Below, piece after piece: positions 56,717 to 64,000 of a stretch of DNA of 64,000 nucleotides. The notes beneath the pieces were generated by a model. That model made no database searches and was not told the DNA's origin. It was given only the letters and a program-made list of their open reading frames with translations. The position numbers and the translations under genes were made by a program. Positions within the stretch are counted from its first letter, which is position 1, and each line of letters starts with the position of its first letter. The stretch comes from a virus. Lineage: Duplodnaviria; Heunggongvirae; Uroviricota; Caudoviricetes. The DNA lies in IMG/VR virus record IMGVR_UViG_2724679538_000004, positions 32,001 to 96,000 of that record, one strand, 5' to 3'.

Positions 56717-56758
56717 GAAAACAAGTTGGTTAGTGAATGCAATAAACAAGTTGTTTTA
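56717..56758 (+). promoter_or_regulatory. two copies of the AAACAAGTTG(T/G)TT promoter/operator motif upstream of terS
   Basis: AGAAAACAAGTTGGTTA and AATAAACAAGTTGTTTTA. Confidence 0.45.
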
Positions 56759-56796
56759 GAGCGCATGGACGCGCTCTGTGTGTTTTAGAGGGATCT

Positions 56797-57429
56797 ATGA
56801 CTGTCGAAAAAGACGAGGGAAAAACTCGCCTGACACCAGCGGAGTGGGCCGAAGCAGAAGCCAAATGGACGTCAGGCGAATATACACTCTCAAAGCTGGA
56901 GGAAGAGTACGGCATTCGCCGTGAAACACTCTCCAGACATTTCAAAAAGCGAGGATTGGAGAAAGGCGCAGACTCTGTTGGGAAGATGGTTCGCGAGTCT
57001 CTCAAATCTGACGCAGAGCTTCGTGCTAAAGCCCGTGCAGAAAAGATAGAAGAACGTCGTACACGTTATGACGGCTGGGCATATGCCTTGGGGCAGATGG
57101 TGATGGTCGAAGTCACTACTGCTAAACGTGAGGGAAAACCTTTAGGGGGGATTGAGGATTCTCTTAAGAGCTTACAGAGAGCAAGTAATACCCTTGCAAA
57201 ATGCTTTGAAATTTCGTCCAAAGCGTTGGGCATGGATCATGCGGAAAATGACGAGGAAGAAATTCCTAACCTGGTATTTGGCGAACTTACGCCTTCTCAG
57301 GTGGCGAAATTACGTCAGGAAGACGATGAGCCTGAAATCATCGATGACGAATTGCTTGAGGCACTAGAGGAAGAAGCTCTTAGCGAACTGGACGCCAGTG
57401 AGGAGGAGAGCGAAGGGGGAGATAAGTAA
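56797..57429 (+). CDS. terminase small subunit (putative)
   Basis: N-terminal HTH-like TLSKLEEEYGIRRETLSRHF, acidic C-terminus; immediately upstream of the large terminase. Confidence 0.6.
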   Translation: MTVEKDEGKTRLTPAEWAEAEAKWTSGEYTLSKLEEEYGIRRETLSRHFKKRGLEKGADSVGKMVRESLKSDAELRAKARAEKIEERRTRYDGWAYALGQMVMVEVTTAKREGKPLGGIEDSLKSLQRASNTLAKCFEISSKALGMDHAENDEEEIPNLVFGELTPSQVAKLRQEDDEPEIIDDELLEALEEEALSELDASEEESEGGDK

Positions 57430-58685
57430 TGTCGATCCCGTCTTCTCTGAGTCTTGTGCAGCTGCATTCTGGGCAGATGAAGGTGTTCCAGTCGCCACAT
57501 CGATTTAAGGTGGTATGCGCAGGTCGTCGCTGGGGTAAGTCCAGGTTGTCGATCTCAACCATAATTCGTGCGGCAGCAAAGAGCAAAAAGCAAAGAGTCT
57601 GGTACGTAGCGCCGACCTATCAAATGGCACGCCAGATTCTGTGGGATGACCTACAGGAAGTTCTGCCTCGCAAGTGGGTTCGTAAAAAGAACGACACCAC
57701 GATGACAATCGTGTTGAAGAACGGTTCTGAGATCGCCCTCAAAGGTGCTGATAAACCTGACACTCTGCGCGGCGTAGCGTTGCATTTTGTAGTGCTTGAT
57801 GAATTTCAGGATATGAAGGCTGATACCTGGTACAAGGTATTACGACCTACTCTTTCATCGACACGAGGCGGTGCACTGATCATTGGTACGCCAAAAGGAT
57901 TCTCGGAATTTCACAAACTGTGGACCATCGGCCAGAACATTGAGCTGCAAAGAAAAGGACAGTGGAAGAGTTGGCAGTTTGTTACCGCTGATTCTCCGTT
58001 TGTGCCTACTGCCGAAATCGAAGCGGCAAAGAACGATATGGACCCGAAGTCCTTTGCGCAGGAATACCTGGCCAGCTTCGAAAACATGTCAGGTCGTGTT
58101 TATTACCCGTTTGATCGTAACGTGCATGTGAAGCCACTCCAGTTCAATCCGAAACTACCTATTTGGGTTGGGCAGGATTTCAACATAGACCCGATGTCTT
58201 CTGTAATTTTGCAACCACAGCCAAACGGTGAACTATGGGCAGTTGATGAGTTGGTACTCTTCTCATCAAACACGGCAGAAGTGTGTGACGAACTGGAACG
58301 ACGCTATTGGCGATGGAAATCGCAGGTGACGATTTTTCCTGACCCCGCTGGGGCATATCGTCAGCACGCGCGAGGTGAATCAGATGTCGATATCTTTAAA
58401 GAAAAGGGATTCTTACGTGTTGACTATTCGAAGAAGCACCCGCCGATTGCAGATCGTGTGAATGCTGTAAACCGTATGCTGATGAGCGCATCAGGTGAAG
58501 TTCGTCTCTATGTCGATCCTAAGTGCAAGCACCTCATAGATTCTCTTGAAAAGGTTATCTACAAGCCCGGATCTCGTGACATGGATAAGTCAGGTGGGGT
58601 TGAGCACAGCGCAGACGCATTGGGCTACCCAGTTCATCGTAGGTATCCGGTGAAAAATCGTGTTATTCTTGGTGGATCTAGATAG
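57429..58685 (+). CDS. terminase large subunit
   Basis: Walker A-like VCAGRRWGKS, Walker B VVLDEF, C-terminal nuclease-like region; ATG overlaps terS stop. Confidence 0.8.
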   Translation: MSIPSSLSLVQLHSGQMKVFQSPHRFKVVCAGRRWGKSRLSISTIIRAAAKSKKQRVWYVAPTYQMARQILWDDLQEVLPRKWVRKKNDTTMTIVLKNGSEIALKGADKPDTLRGVALHFVVLDEFQDMKADTWYKVLRPTLSSTRGGALIIGTPKGFSEFHKLWTIGQNIELQRKGQWKSWQFVTADSPFVPTAEIEAAKNDMDPKSFAQEYLASFENMSGRVYYPFDRNVHVKPLQFNPKLPIWVGQDFNIDPMSSVILQPQPNGELWAVDELVLFSSNTAEVCDELERRYWRWKSQVTIFPDPAGAYRQHARGESDVDIFKEKGFLRVDYSKKHPPIADRVNAVNRMLMSASGEVRLYVDPKCKHLIDSLEKVIYKPGSRDMDKSGGVEHSADALGYPVHRRYPVKNRVILGGSR

Positions 58686-58701
58686 GTAAGTACTTACCTA
58701 T
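58682..58701. repeat. intergenic palindrome ATAGGTAAGTACTTACCTAT (perfect copy of a dispersed family)
   Basis: Family members also at about 2785, 6283, 7906, 12035, 16700, 21283, 21425, 26406, 27443, 28631, 34146, 44701, 53161, 62118. Confidence 0.8.
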
Positions 58702-58719
58702 GAATATGGAGAAATTCAA

Positions 58720-60294
58720 ATGGAATTGGATGACAAACAAATTAAAGATTTAGTGGCAAGACGCCACCCTGAATACGAAAAGAAAAAGACACATTGGGAC
58801 TTCCTCGCCAGCACTTACGCTGGTGGGCGTGGTTGGTTCGCTGACAACATCTTTCGTTATTTCAAAGAAGGCGATCAGGAGTTTAAGGAACGTCTTGAGC
58901 GTGCTTACCGCTTCAATCACACCCGTGAAGTAGTAAACCTCATTAATAAATACCTGTTTAAAGAAGATATCCATCGAAACACAGAGGAAGCGCCTGAGCA
59001 GATCCGTAACTTCTGGAAAAGAGCGACACGCCAGAATGCATCTATCGACTCATTTATGGCTGCTATCGATTTGCAATCGTCAATCTATGGCCGTATTTGG
59101 GTTGTTGTAGATAGCACAATGAATGGTGATGTGGAGTCAGTCGCTGATGAGAAGAGGAAGAATGCACGTGCCTATGCCTACTGGATTTCCCCTCAACAAA
59201 TGCTGGATGTGGCATGGGATGATGACGGCAATATGTTATGGGCGTTAATTGTGGAAGTTGCTCGTGATGATGCAGATCCATTTACTTCAACCGGTCAGGA
59301 ATACCAACGTTATCGTCTGTGGACACAAAACGAGTGGTATCTGTTCCGTGAAGAAGTTAAGAAGAGCGCTGGCGGAGCCGGTCGCCGTCAGGCAAAAGTT
59401 ATTTTAGAGGATAGCGGTGAACATAATCTCGGCGTAGTTCCCGTGTTTCCTGTTGATTGTATTGGAGAAAGCGAATCACCGTATTTCAGTCCATCGTTAA
59501 TCGATGACATCGCATATCTTGATCGTGCTGTAGCCAACTATTTGTCTAACCTTGATGCCATTATTCAGGATCAAACTTTCAGTCAGTTGGCTATCCCCGT
59601 GCAGTCGATGATGCCTGGTGATGAAAGCCATAGCAAGGTGCTGGAAATGGGCACAAAACGAGTTTTCACCTACGATTCTGAAGGTGGAAACCAGCCGTTT
59701 TATCTTTCTCCAGATCCAAAACAAGCTCAGATGATCATCACTACGATTAAGACGGTGATTAATGAAATCTACCATTCAGTTGGTGTTGCTGGCGAACGAA
59801 CGAAGCAGGATAACGCACAGGGAATCGATAACTCTTCTGGTGCCGCTAAGATGTATGACTTCCAGCGAGTTAACAGTCTGCTGGTCACAAAAGCAGAGCG
59901 TCTTGAAAGGGCAGAGCGACAAATTATGCAACTTGTCGCTAAATGGATGGGAGTCGAGCTGGATGAAGACCATTCTCTAATTGCTTACCCTGAGAGTTTT
60001 GATATTCGCGGTCTTACTGACGAATTTGCTGTTGCTGAGAAGCTGTCAATGCTTCAAGCGCCTGATTCTGTACGTCGTCGTCAGATGGAAATGCTCATCG
60101 AGAAGATTTTCCCGAATATCACTGAGGCGATGAAAAAGGAATTTGATAAAGATCTCTTGAATTTTCCGCCAAAAAATGATCTAAATACCCTTGAAAATAA
60201 GTCAGTACTTACTTATCATCGAGATACAGCTCAAGAAACCGAGCAAGATCAACCCCGAGGGAGTGGGGACTCATCTACTCAAGAAACCGAGTGA
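58720..60294 (+). CDS. portal protein (putative, by position and size)
   Basis: 524-aa protein between the terminase and scaffold genes. Confidence 0.6.
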   Translation: MELDDKQIKDLVARRHPEYEKKKTHWDFLASTYAGGRGWFADNIFRYFKEGDQEFKERLERAYRFNHTREVVNLINKYLFKEDIHRNTEEAPEQIRNFWKRATRQNASIDSFMAAIDLQSSIYGRIWVVVDSTMNGDVESVADEKRKNARAYAYWISPQQMLDVAWDDDGNMLWALIVEVARDDADPFTSTGQEYQRYRLWTQNEWYLFREEVKKSAGGAGRRQAKVILEDSGEHNLGVVPVFPVDCIGESESPYFSPSLIDDIAYLDRAVANYLSNLDAIIQDQTFSQLAIPVQSMMPGDESHSKVLEMGTKRVFTYDSEGGNQPFYLSPDPKQAQMIITTIKTVINEIYHSVGVAGERTKQDNAQGIDNSSGAAKMYDFQRVNSLLVTKAERLERAERQIMQLVAKWMGVELDEDHSLIAYPESFDIRGLTDEFAVAEKLSMLQAPDSVRRRQMEMLIEKIFPNITEAMKKEFDKDLLNFPPKNDLNTLENKSVLTYHRDTAQETEQDQPRGSGDSSTQETE

Positions 60295-60316
60295 TAAGTA
60301 ACTGAAAGGAATTTTT

Positions 60317-61204
60317 ATGTATCTGTGGCAAATGCTTATGGCCCAACGTGGGCTTATGAATGTGGCCGAAGCGCATGAGCGTGGAGGTGCAGGCGTTGCT
60401 CCTGCTGAGAATGATCAGGGTGCACAAGTCCTTGACAATCAGAATGAGCAAAAAGAGCAGCCGAAGGGCGATGACGAGTTTGCTGGCATGACTCAGGAAG
60501 AGTTGGTGGCCGAGCTTCGTAAGTCCAAAAAAGCTGGTGCTGAACTACTGAAAGAGAACATGAAGCGCAAAGAGAAAGAGCGCACATTGGCCGATCAGCT
60601 TGCTCAGTACGGCGATATTGATCCGGCGCGTGCTCGTCAGCTTTTAGAAGCTGAACAGGCCGCAGAAAACGCACGTCGTGAGGCGGAGCAGGCTGAGCTT
60701 GAGCGTCGTGGTGAGTTCGATGCTGTTAAGAAGCAGATGATCGAAGCACATCAGGCAGAGCTGGCACAACGTGACGAACGCTATGCCGCACTGGAGAGTG
60801 AGAACACCGCACTGAAATCTCAATTAGTTGAGATGACAATAGGCGCTTCTTTCAGCAACTCAACATTCCTACGTGACAAAGTTCTGATGACTCCGGCAAA
60901 AGCTCGCGTTGTCTACGGTTCTCATTTCGAAGTTGGTGAAGACGGTAGTGTTGTGGGCTATGACAAACCGGCAGGTCATAAGGAACGAACTGTTCTGGTT
61001 GACGGTGAAGGTAAACCGTTGCCGTTTGAATCCGCGATTGAACGCATTGTGCGGGCAGATCCGGAAGCTGACGCATTGATGCGCAGCGAAGCCAAGCAGG
61101 GTGCTGGTTCTAATACTAAACCAACCCATAAAGTTACCCAGCCGAAGAATAAGTCAACTATGGATAAGTTGGCGTCAGGTCTGGGGAAAATCGGACTTAA
61201 GTAA
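60317..61204 (+). CDS. head scaffolding protein (putative)
   Basis: Ala/Glu/Arg/Gln-rich predicted coiled coil; immediately upstream of the major capsid gene. Confidence 0.55.
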   Translation: MYLWQMLMAQRGLMNVAEAHERGGAGVAPAENDQGAQVLDNQNEQKEQPKGDDEFAGMTQEELVAELRKSKKAGAELLKENMKRKEKERTLADQLAQYGDIDPARARQLLEAEQAAENARREAEQAELERRGEFDAVKKQMIEAHQAELAQRDERYAALESENTALKSQLVEMTIGASFSNSTFLRDKVLMTPAKARVVYGSHFEVGEDGSVVGYDKPAGHKERTVLVDGEGKPLPFESAIERIVRADPEADALMRSEAKQGAGSNTKPTHKVTQPKNKSTMDKLASGLGKIGLK

Positions 61205-61229
61205 CATCTTAATCAAAGGGAATTGATAG

Positions 61230-62111
61230 ATGCCATTACTGCGTGAAGAAGCTGAAAAGCTGTCTAATAACGAACTTGAACAGGGCGTGATTGAAACCAT
61301 CATCGATCGCGATGACTTGTTCGCAATCCTGCCGTTCATGAAGATTAATTCCAAGGCGTACCTGTACAATCGTGAGGCTACCCTGAGCGAAGCAGAGTTC
61401 ATCGACGTGAACGACACCATCACCGAAGGTGCAGCAACCTTCACTGAACATGTAGCGAAGCTGCGTATTCTGGCGGGTGATGTAGACGTCGACAAATTCC
61501 TGGCAACCACGATGGCAGATACCAACAACCAGCTGGCTATCCAGGTTCGTCAGAAAGTAAAAGGTCTGGCTCGCGCATTCCGTCGTAATCTGATTCTGGG
61601 GGACTCCAGTTCCAACAATAAGGCGTTTGATGGCATTCCTCGCCTGATGCACGCCGATCAGAAGATCGATATCGCAAAAGCCGCTATGACCTTCTCAATG
61701 TTCGACGAACTGGTCGATGCGGTTAAAGATCTTGGTGCTGACTGCATCATGATGCGCTCAGAACATCTGCGTGCATATCGTGCACTGCTGCGTACCGTTA
61801 ACGTTGGTCCGTCTGAAATTATGATGGAGAATTTCGGTCGTCCGATGCTGTGCCATAACGGTGTGCCGTTCATCGTAAACGACTTTATTCCGCTGACCAC
61901 CGAGAAGGATGCAGCAGACATCTACTGCCTGCACCTGTCGGAAGAAAATGGTGTAACTGGTCTGTATGGCGGCGACAACGCAGGTATTGTCGTAGAGAAT
62001 ATTGGTACTGTTCAGAACAAAGACGCTACGCGTACTCGTGTGAAATGGTACTGCTCTCTGGCGAACAAGCACGACAAGGCTATCGCTGCGCTGACCAATG
62101 TAAAAATTTAA
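61230..62111 (+). CDS. major capsid protein (putative)
   Basis: 293-aa protein following the scaffold gene; GGGAATTGATAG RBS region; followed by a strong terminator. Confidence 0.65.
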   Translation: MPLLREEAEKLSNNELEQGVIETIIDRDDLFAILPFMKINSKAYLYNREATLSEAEFIDVNDTITEGAATFTEHVAKLRILAGDVDVDKFLATTMADTNNQLAIQVRQKVKGLARAFRRNLILGDSSSNNKAFDGIPRLMHADQKIDIAKAAMTFSMFDELVDAVKDLGADCIMMRSEHLRAYRALLRTVNVGPSEIMMENFGRPMLCHNGVPFIVNDFIPLTTEKDAADIYCLHLSEENGVTGLYGGDNAGIVVENIGTVQNKDATRTRVKWYCSLANKHDKAIAALTNVKI

Positions 62112-62117
62112 CCTAAA

Positions 62118-62139
62118 TAATAGGTAAGCACTTACCTAT
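62118..62139. repeat. intergenic palindrome AATAGGTAAGCACTTACCTAT (family member)
   Basis: Immediately after the capsid gene stop. Confidence 0.75.
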
Positions 62140-62148
62140 GCTTTCAAG

Positions 62149-62175
62149 GGGTGGGCTTTGCGCCCACCTTTTTTC
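62149..62175 (+). terminator. rho-independent terminator (GGGTGGGC-TTTGC-GCCCACC then TTTTTT)
   Basis: Hairpin plus T-run after the capsid gene. Confidence 0.7.
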
Positions 62176-62200
62176 AAGGTGGAAACGGAGAGAGCGAACG

Positions 62201-62632
62201 ATGAAACCAGCGAAAATACGCCTAATTGAACCATCCTTCATCGGCTATACAGGTGTCTTATGTGGAGTGCAGTTCAAAGACGGTATTTCTGTAAAAGATC
62301 TGCCTTTTATTGATCAGCAACGAATTTGCGCTTCAATGCGTGCCATGACCCTTGAAGGTGAGAACGCATCTCCCTCTGCTGCTTATGGTGCTCGTCACAC
62401 ATTATCTGCCGATAAAGTCGTTGAAAAAGAAGCCCCAGAAATTGTGCCGTTGAAGCGCGGTAAGTCAGAGGAAGAAAAGAAAGTTCAGCATTTTTCTCGT
62501 GAAGAATTGGAGTCAATTGCTGACAGTGAAGGAATTGCAGGTCTTCGTATCATTGGCAATCAGTTTGGCGTGAAAGCGAAAGGTATTGTTGAAATGATCG
62601 AAGGAATCCTGAAAGCGCAAGGCGGTGAGTAA
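62201..62632 (+). CDS. hypothetical head-module protein
   Basis: ATG 62201 with GGAGAGAG RBS; the track ORF start at 62138 would run through the terminator. Confidence 0.5.
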   Translation: MKPAKIRLIEPSFIGYTGVLCGVQFKDGISVKDLPFIDQQRICASMRAMTLEGENASPSAAYGARHTLSADKVVEKEAPEIVPLKRGKSEEEKKVQHFSREELESIADSEGIAGLRIIGNQFGVKAKGIVEMIEGILKAQGGE

Positions 62633-63465
62633 TGGCGCAGATCGACACCTACCGAGGCGGGGAGACGGTTTCCCTGTCATTTGCATTTAATGTGCTGGAT
62701 ATCCAGTCGGCCACATATACAGTTCGAGATGGAGCCGGGACTGCACTCGTTGAAGACGAGCCGATTGATATTACAGAAGGTCAGATGGCAATTCCGGTCG
62801 TCGTGTCGGCTGAACATAACCAACTTGCGGATAAAGAGCGCGATCTGCGTTACGTCATCGTCAAAGCGGTGGCATCAGGACTCACGCATGAAGAGCGTAG
62901 AATGTATGTTCTGCTAAACAGCTTTGAGCTGGCAATACCAGAACAATCATTTGCAACCATCGCTGATGCACAGATGCAGGCCATTGATATGTTGAATGGT
63001 GACACTTTGCTGGCAGATGGTGAAGGTTTGATGCGTAAACGTCTCATAGAAGCCACCAGACGAATAAAAACATTGCCATTCTCAGTTCGTAAAATTCTTC
63101 GAATCGACTTCGACAGATATGACCGTCCTCAGAACATGTTAAACGTGTACGACATCCCGTGGGGTGCTGATGGGGCATATCGACATGATTTGGTCGATTG
63201 GGAGCAAATGACGCATGAGAAGTTTGAAGAATTTCCTGAATACTTCAAAGAAGCGTTAATGCTGGCCGTTATCAACGAAGCGTGCGAAATCGCTAATGGT
63301 AATGATGTAGCAGCAGCTCGCGAAGACGGTATTTTGTCTGAATCAATTGGTGAAACAACCAACATGTACCGAACAGGTAAAGCGGCAAATACCCATGTTG
63401 CTCGTAGCACCTGGAGGCTGCTAGTTAGTTATATCAACAATCGGATGATTATCCGTCGTGCGTAA
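62632..63465 (+). CDS. hypothetical head-module protein
   Basis: 277-aa ORF, TAATG overlap with previous gene. Confidence 0.5.
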   Translation: MAQIDTYRGGETVSLSFAFNVLDIQSATYTVRDGAGTALVEDEPIDITEGQMAIPVVVSAEHNQLADKERDLRYVIVKAVASGLTHEERRMYVLLNSFELAIPEQSFATIADAQMQAIDMLNGDTLLADGEGLMRKRLIEATRRIKTLPFSVRKILRIDFDRYDRPQNMLNVYDIPWGADGAYRHDLVDWEQMTHEKFEEFPEYFKEALMLAVINEACEIANGNDVAAAREDGILSESIGETTNMYRTGKAANTHVARSTWRLLVSYINNRMIIRRA

Positions 63466-63907
63466 CTCTCGTCGCACCATTTACTTCTGGTCGAATGGCT
63501 TAAGACGTGAACACGCGCCTTCGCCTGGTAATGCGTGCGGCGATCTTCACGAGGGAGAGTGGATGAACGTTTCATGGCAAACAGAAATTTCAATATACCG
63601 TTTTGGCGTAAAAAACGTTTACGGTGAGGCTCAGCTGCAATTTGTCAGGAAGACAAATGTTGGTGTTGTTAAGTTCGAGCAGAGCAATGAAAAGTCTTCT
63701 GTTCGTGCAGATAGCTCTGGTAGCCGTGGTAAAGCCAATCTGGAGTTGTTTGACGCGGTATTAGTAATACCACTTGAAGCGGCGGTGCAGCTCGACGATG
63801 TACTGATACTTGAAGGGCAGAAATTAAAAGTCTCAAGTGTGCATCGTAGATGGGGATTGCGTGGTCGACCTGGGCATCTTGAGGTTGGTGCAAATATATG
63901 GGTCTGA
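63458..63907 (+). CDS. hypothetical head-module protein
   Basis: 149-aa ORF overlapping the previous stop. Confidence 0.5.
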   Translation: MRNSRRTIYFWSNGLRREHAPSPGNACGDLHEGEWMNVSWQTEISIYRFGVKNVYGEAQLQFVRKTNVGVVKFEQSNEKSSVRADSSGSRGKANLELFDAVLVIPLEAAVQLDDVLILEGQKLKVSSVHRRWGLRGRPGHLEVGANIWV

Positions 63908-63910
63908 AAT

Positions 63911-64000
63911 ATGATGCGCACCAATTCAAACGTGCAGGAGAGAGACTTAACAACAGTCAGAAAGCCTTTAAGCGCTATCTCATCAGAGATATGGAAAGAC
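63911..64000 (+). CDS. hypothetical protein, 5' fragment running off the window end
   Basis: ATG 63911 opens a frame with no stop before the window end. Confidence 0.3.
   Translation, partial: MMRTNSNVQERDLTTVRKPLSAISSEIWKD

Noticed and set aside
1-64000. Integrase, transposase or insertion-sequence remnants that would indicate a mobile element inside the phage
   Set aside because: No protein with recombinase or transposase motifs and no terminal inverted repeats with target-site duplications were seen; the accessory regions appear to be morons rather than transposons.

Overview
This 64-kb window is a gene-dense segment of a large enterobacterial dsDNA phage that also carries a plasmid-type replicon (P1-like or SSU5/pHCM2-like phage-plasmid organisation). 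Almost all genes are on the + strand. From left to right: a cold-shock gene and a tentative two-gene toxin/antitoxin-like pair; a T4-like recombination module (gp32-like SSB, flap endonuclease, RecA-family recombinase); an SPFH lipoprotein; an iteron-type replicon (repA flanked by two arrays of CTATAGTGG-core iterons, DnaA-box-like 9-mers and a GATC cluster); SbcD/SbcC-like nuclease and a RuvC-like resolvase; nucleotide metabolism (nrdA, nrdB, thyA, DHFR, P-loop kinase, MazG-like); two orphan N6-adenine methyltransferases; RNase HI; an Rha/KilAC antirepressor-like gene; a run of small unknown genes; a LexA-box-controlled humD-like (pre-cleaved UmuD') gene; an accessory region with small genes, a strongly A+C-rich non-coding tract and GGA-rich repeat arrays; a reverse-strand AT-rich island encoding a lipoprotein and secreted proteins; an SF2 helicase; an operon of two ParB-like proteins, a stand-alone ABC ATPase and a GNAT-like protein; and the start of the packaging/head module (terS, terL, portal, scaffold, major capsid). 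Two sequence families recur throughout: a ~20-bp intergenic palindrome (ATAGGTAAGTACTTACCTAT) and a promoter/operator-like element around AAACAA-N-TTGTTT. No rRNA, tRNA, CRISPR array, integrase or transposase was found. All functional calls rest on motif recognition by eye from the translations; no database search or folding was run, and coordinates of hairpins and repeats are approximate to a few bases.
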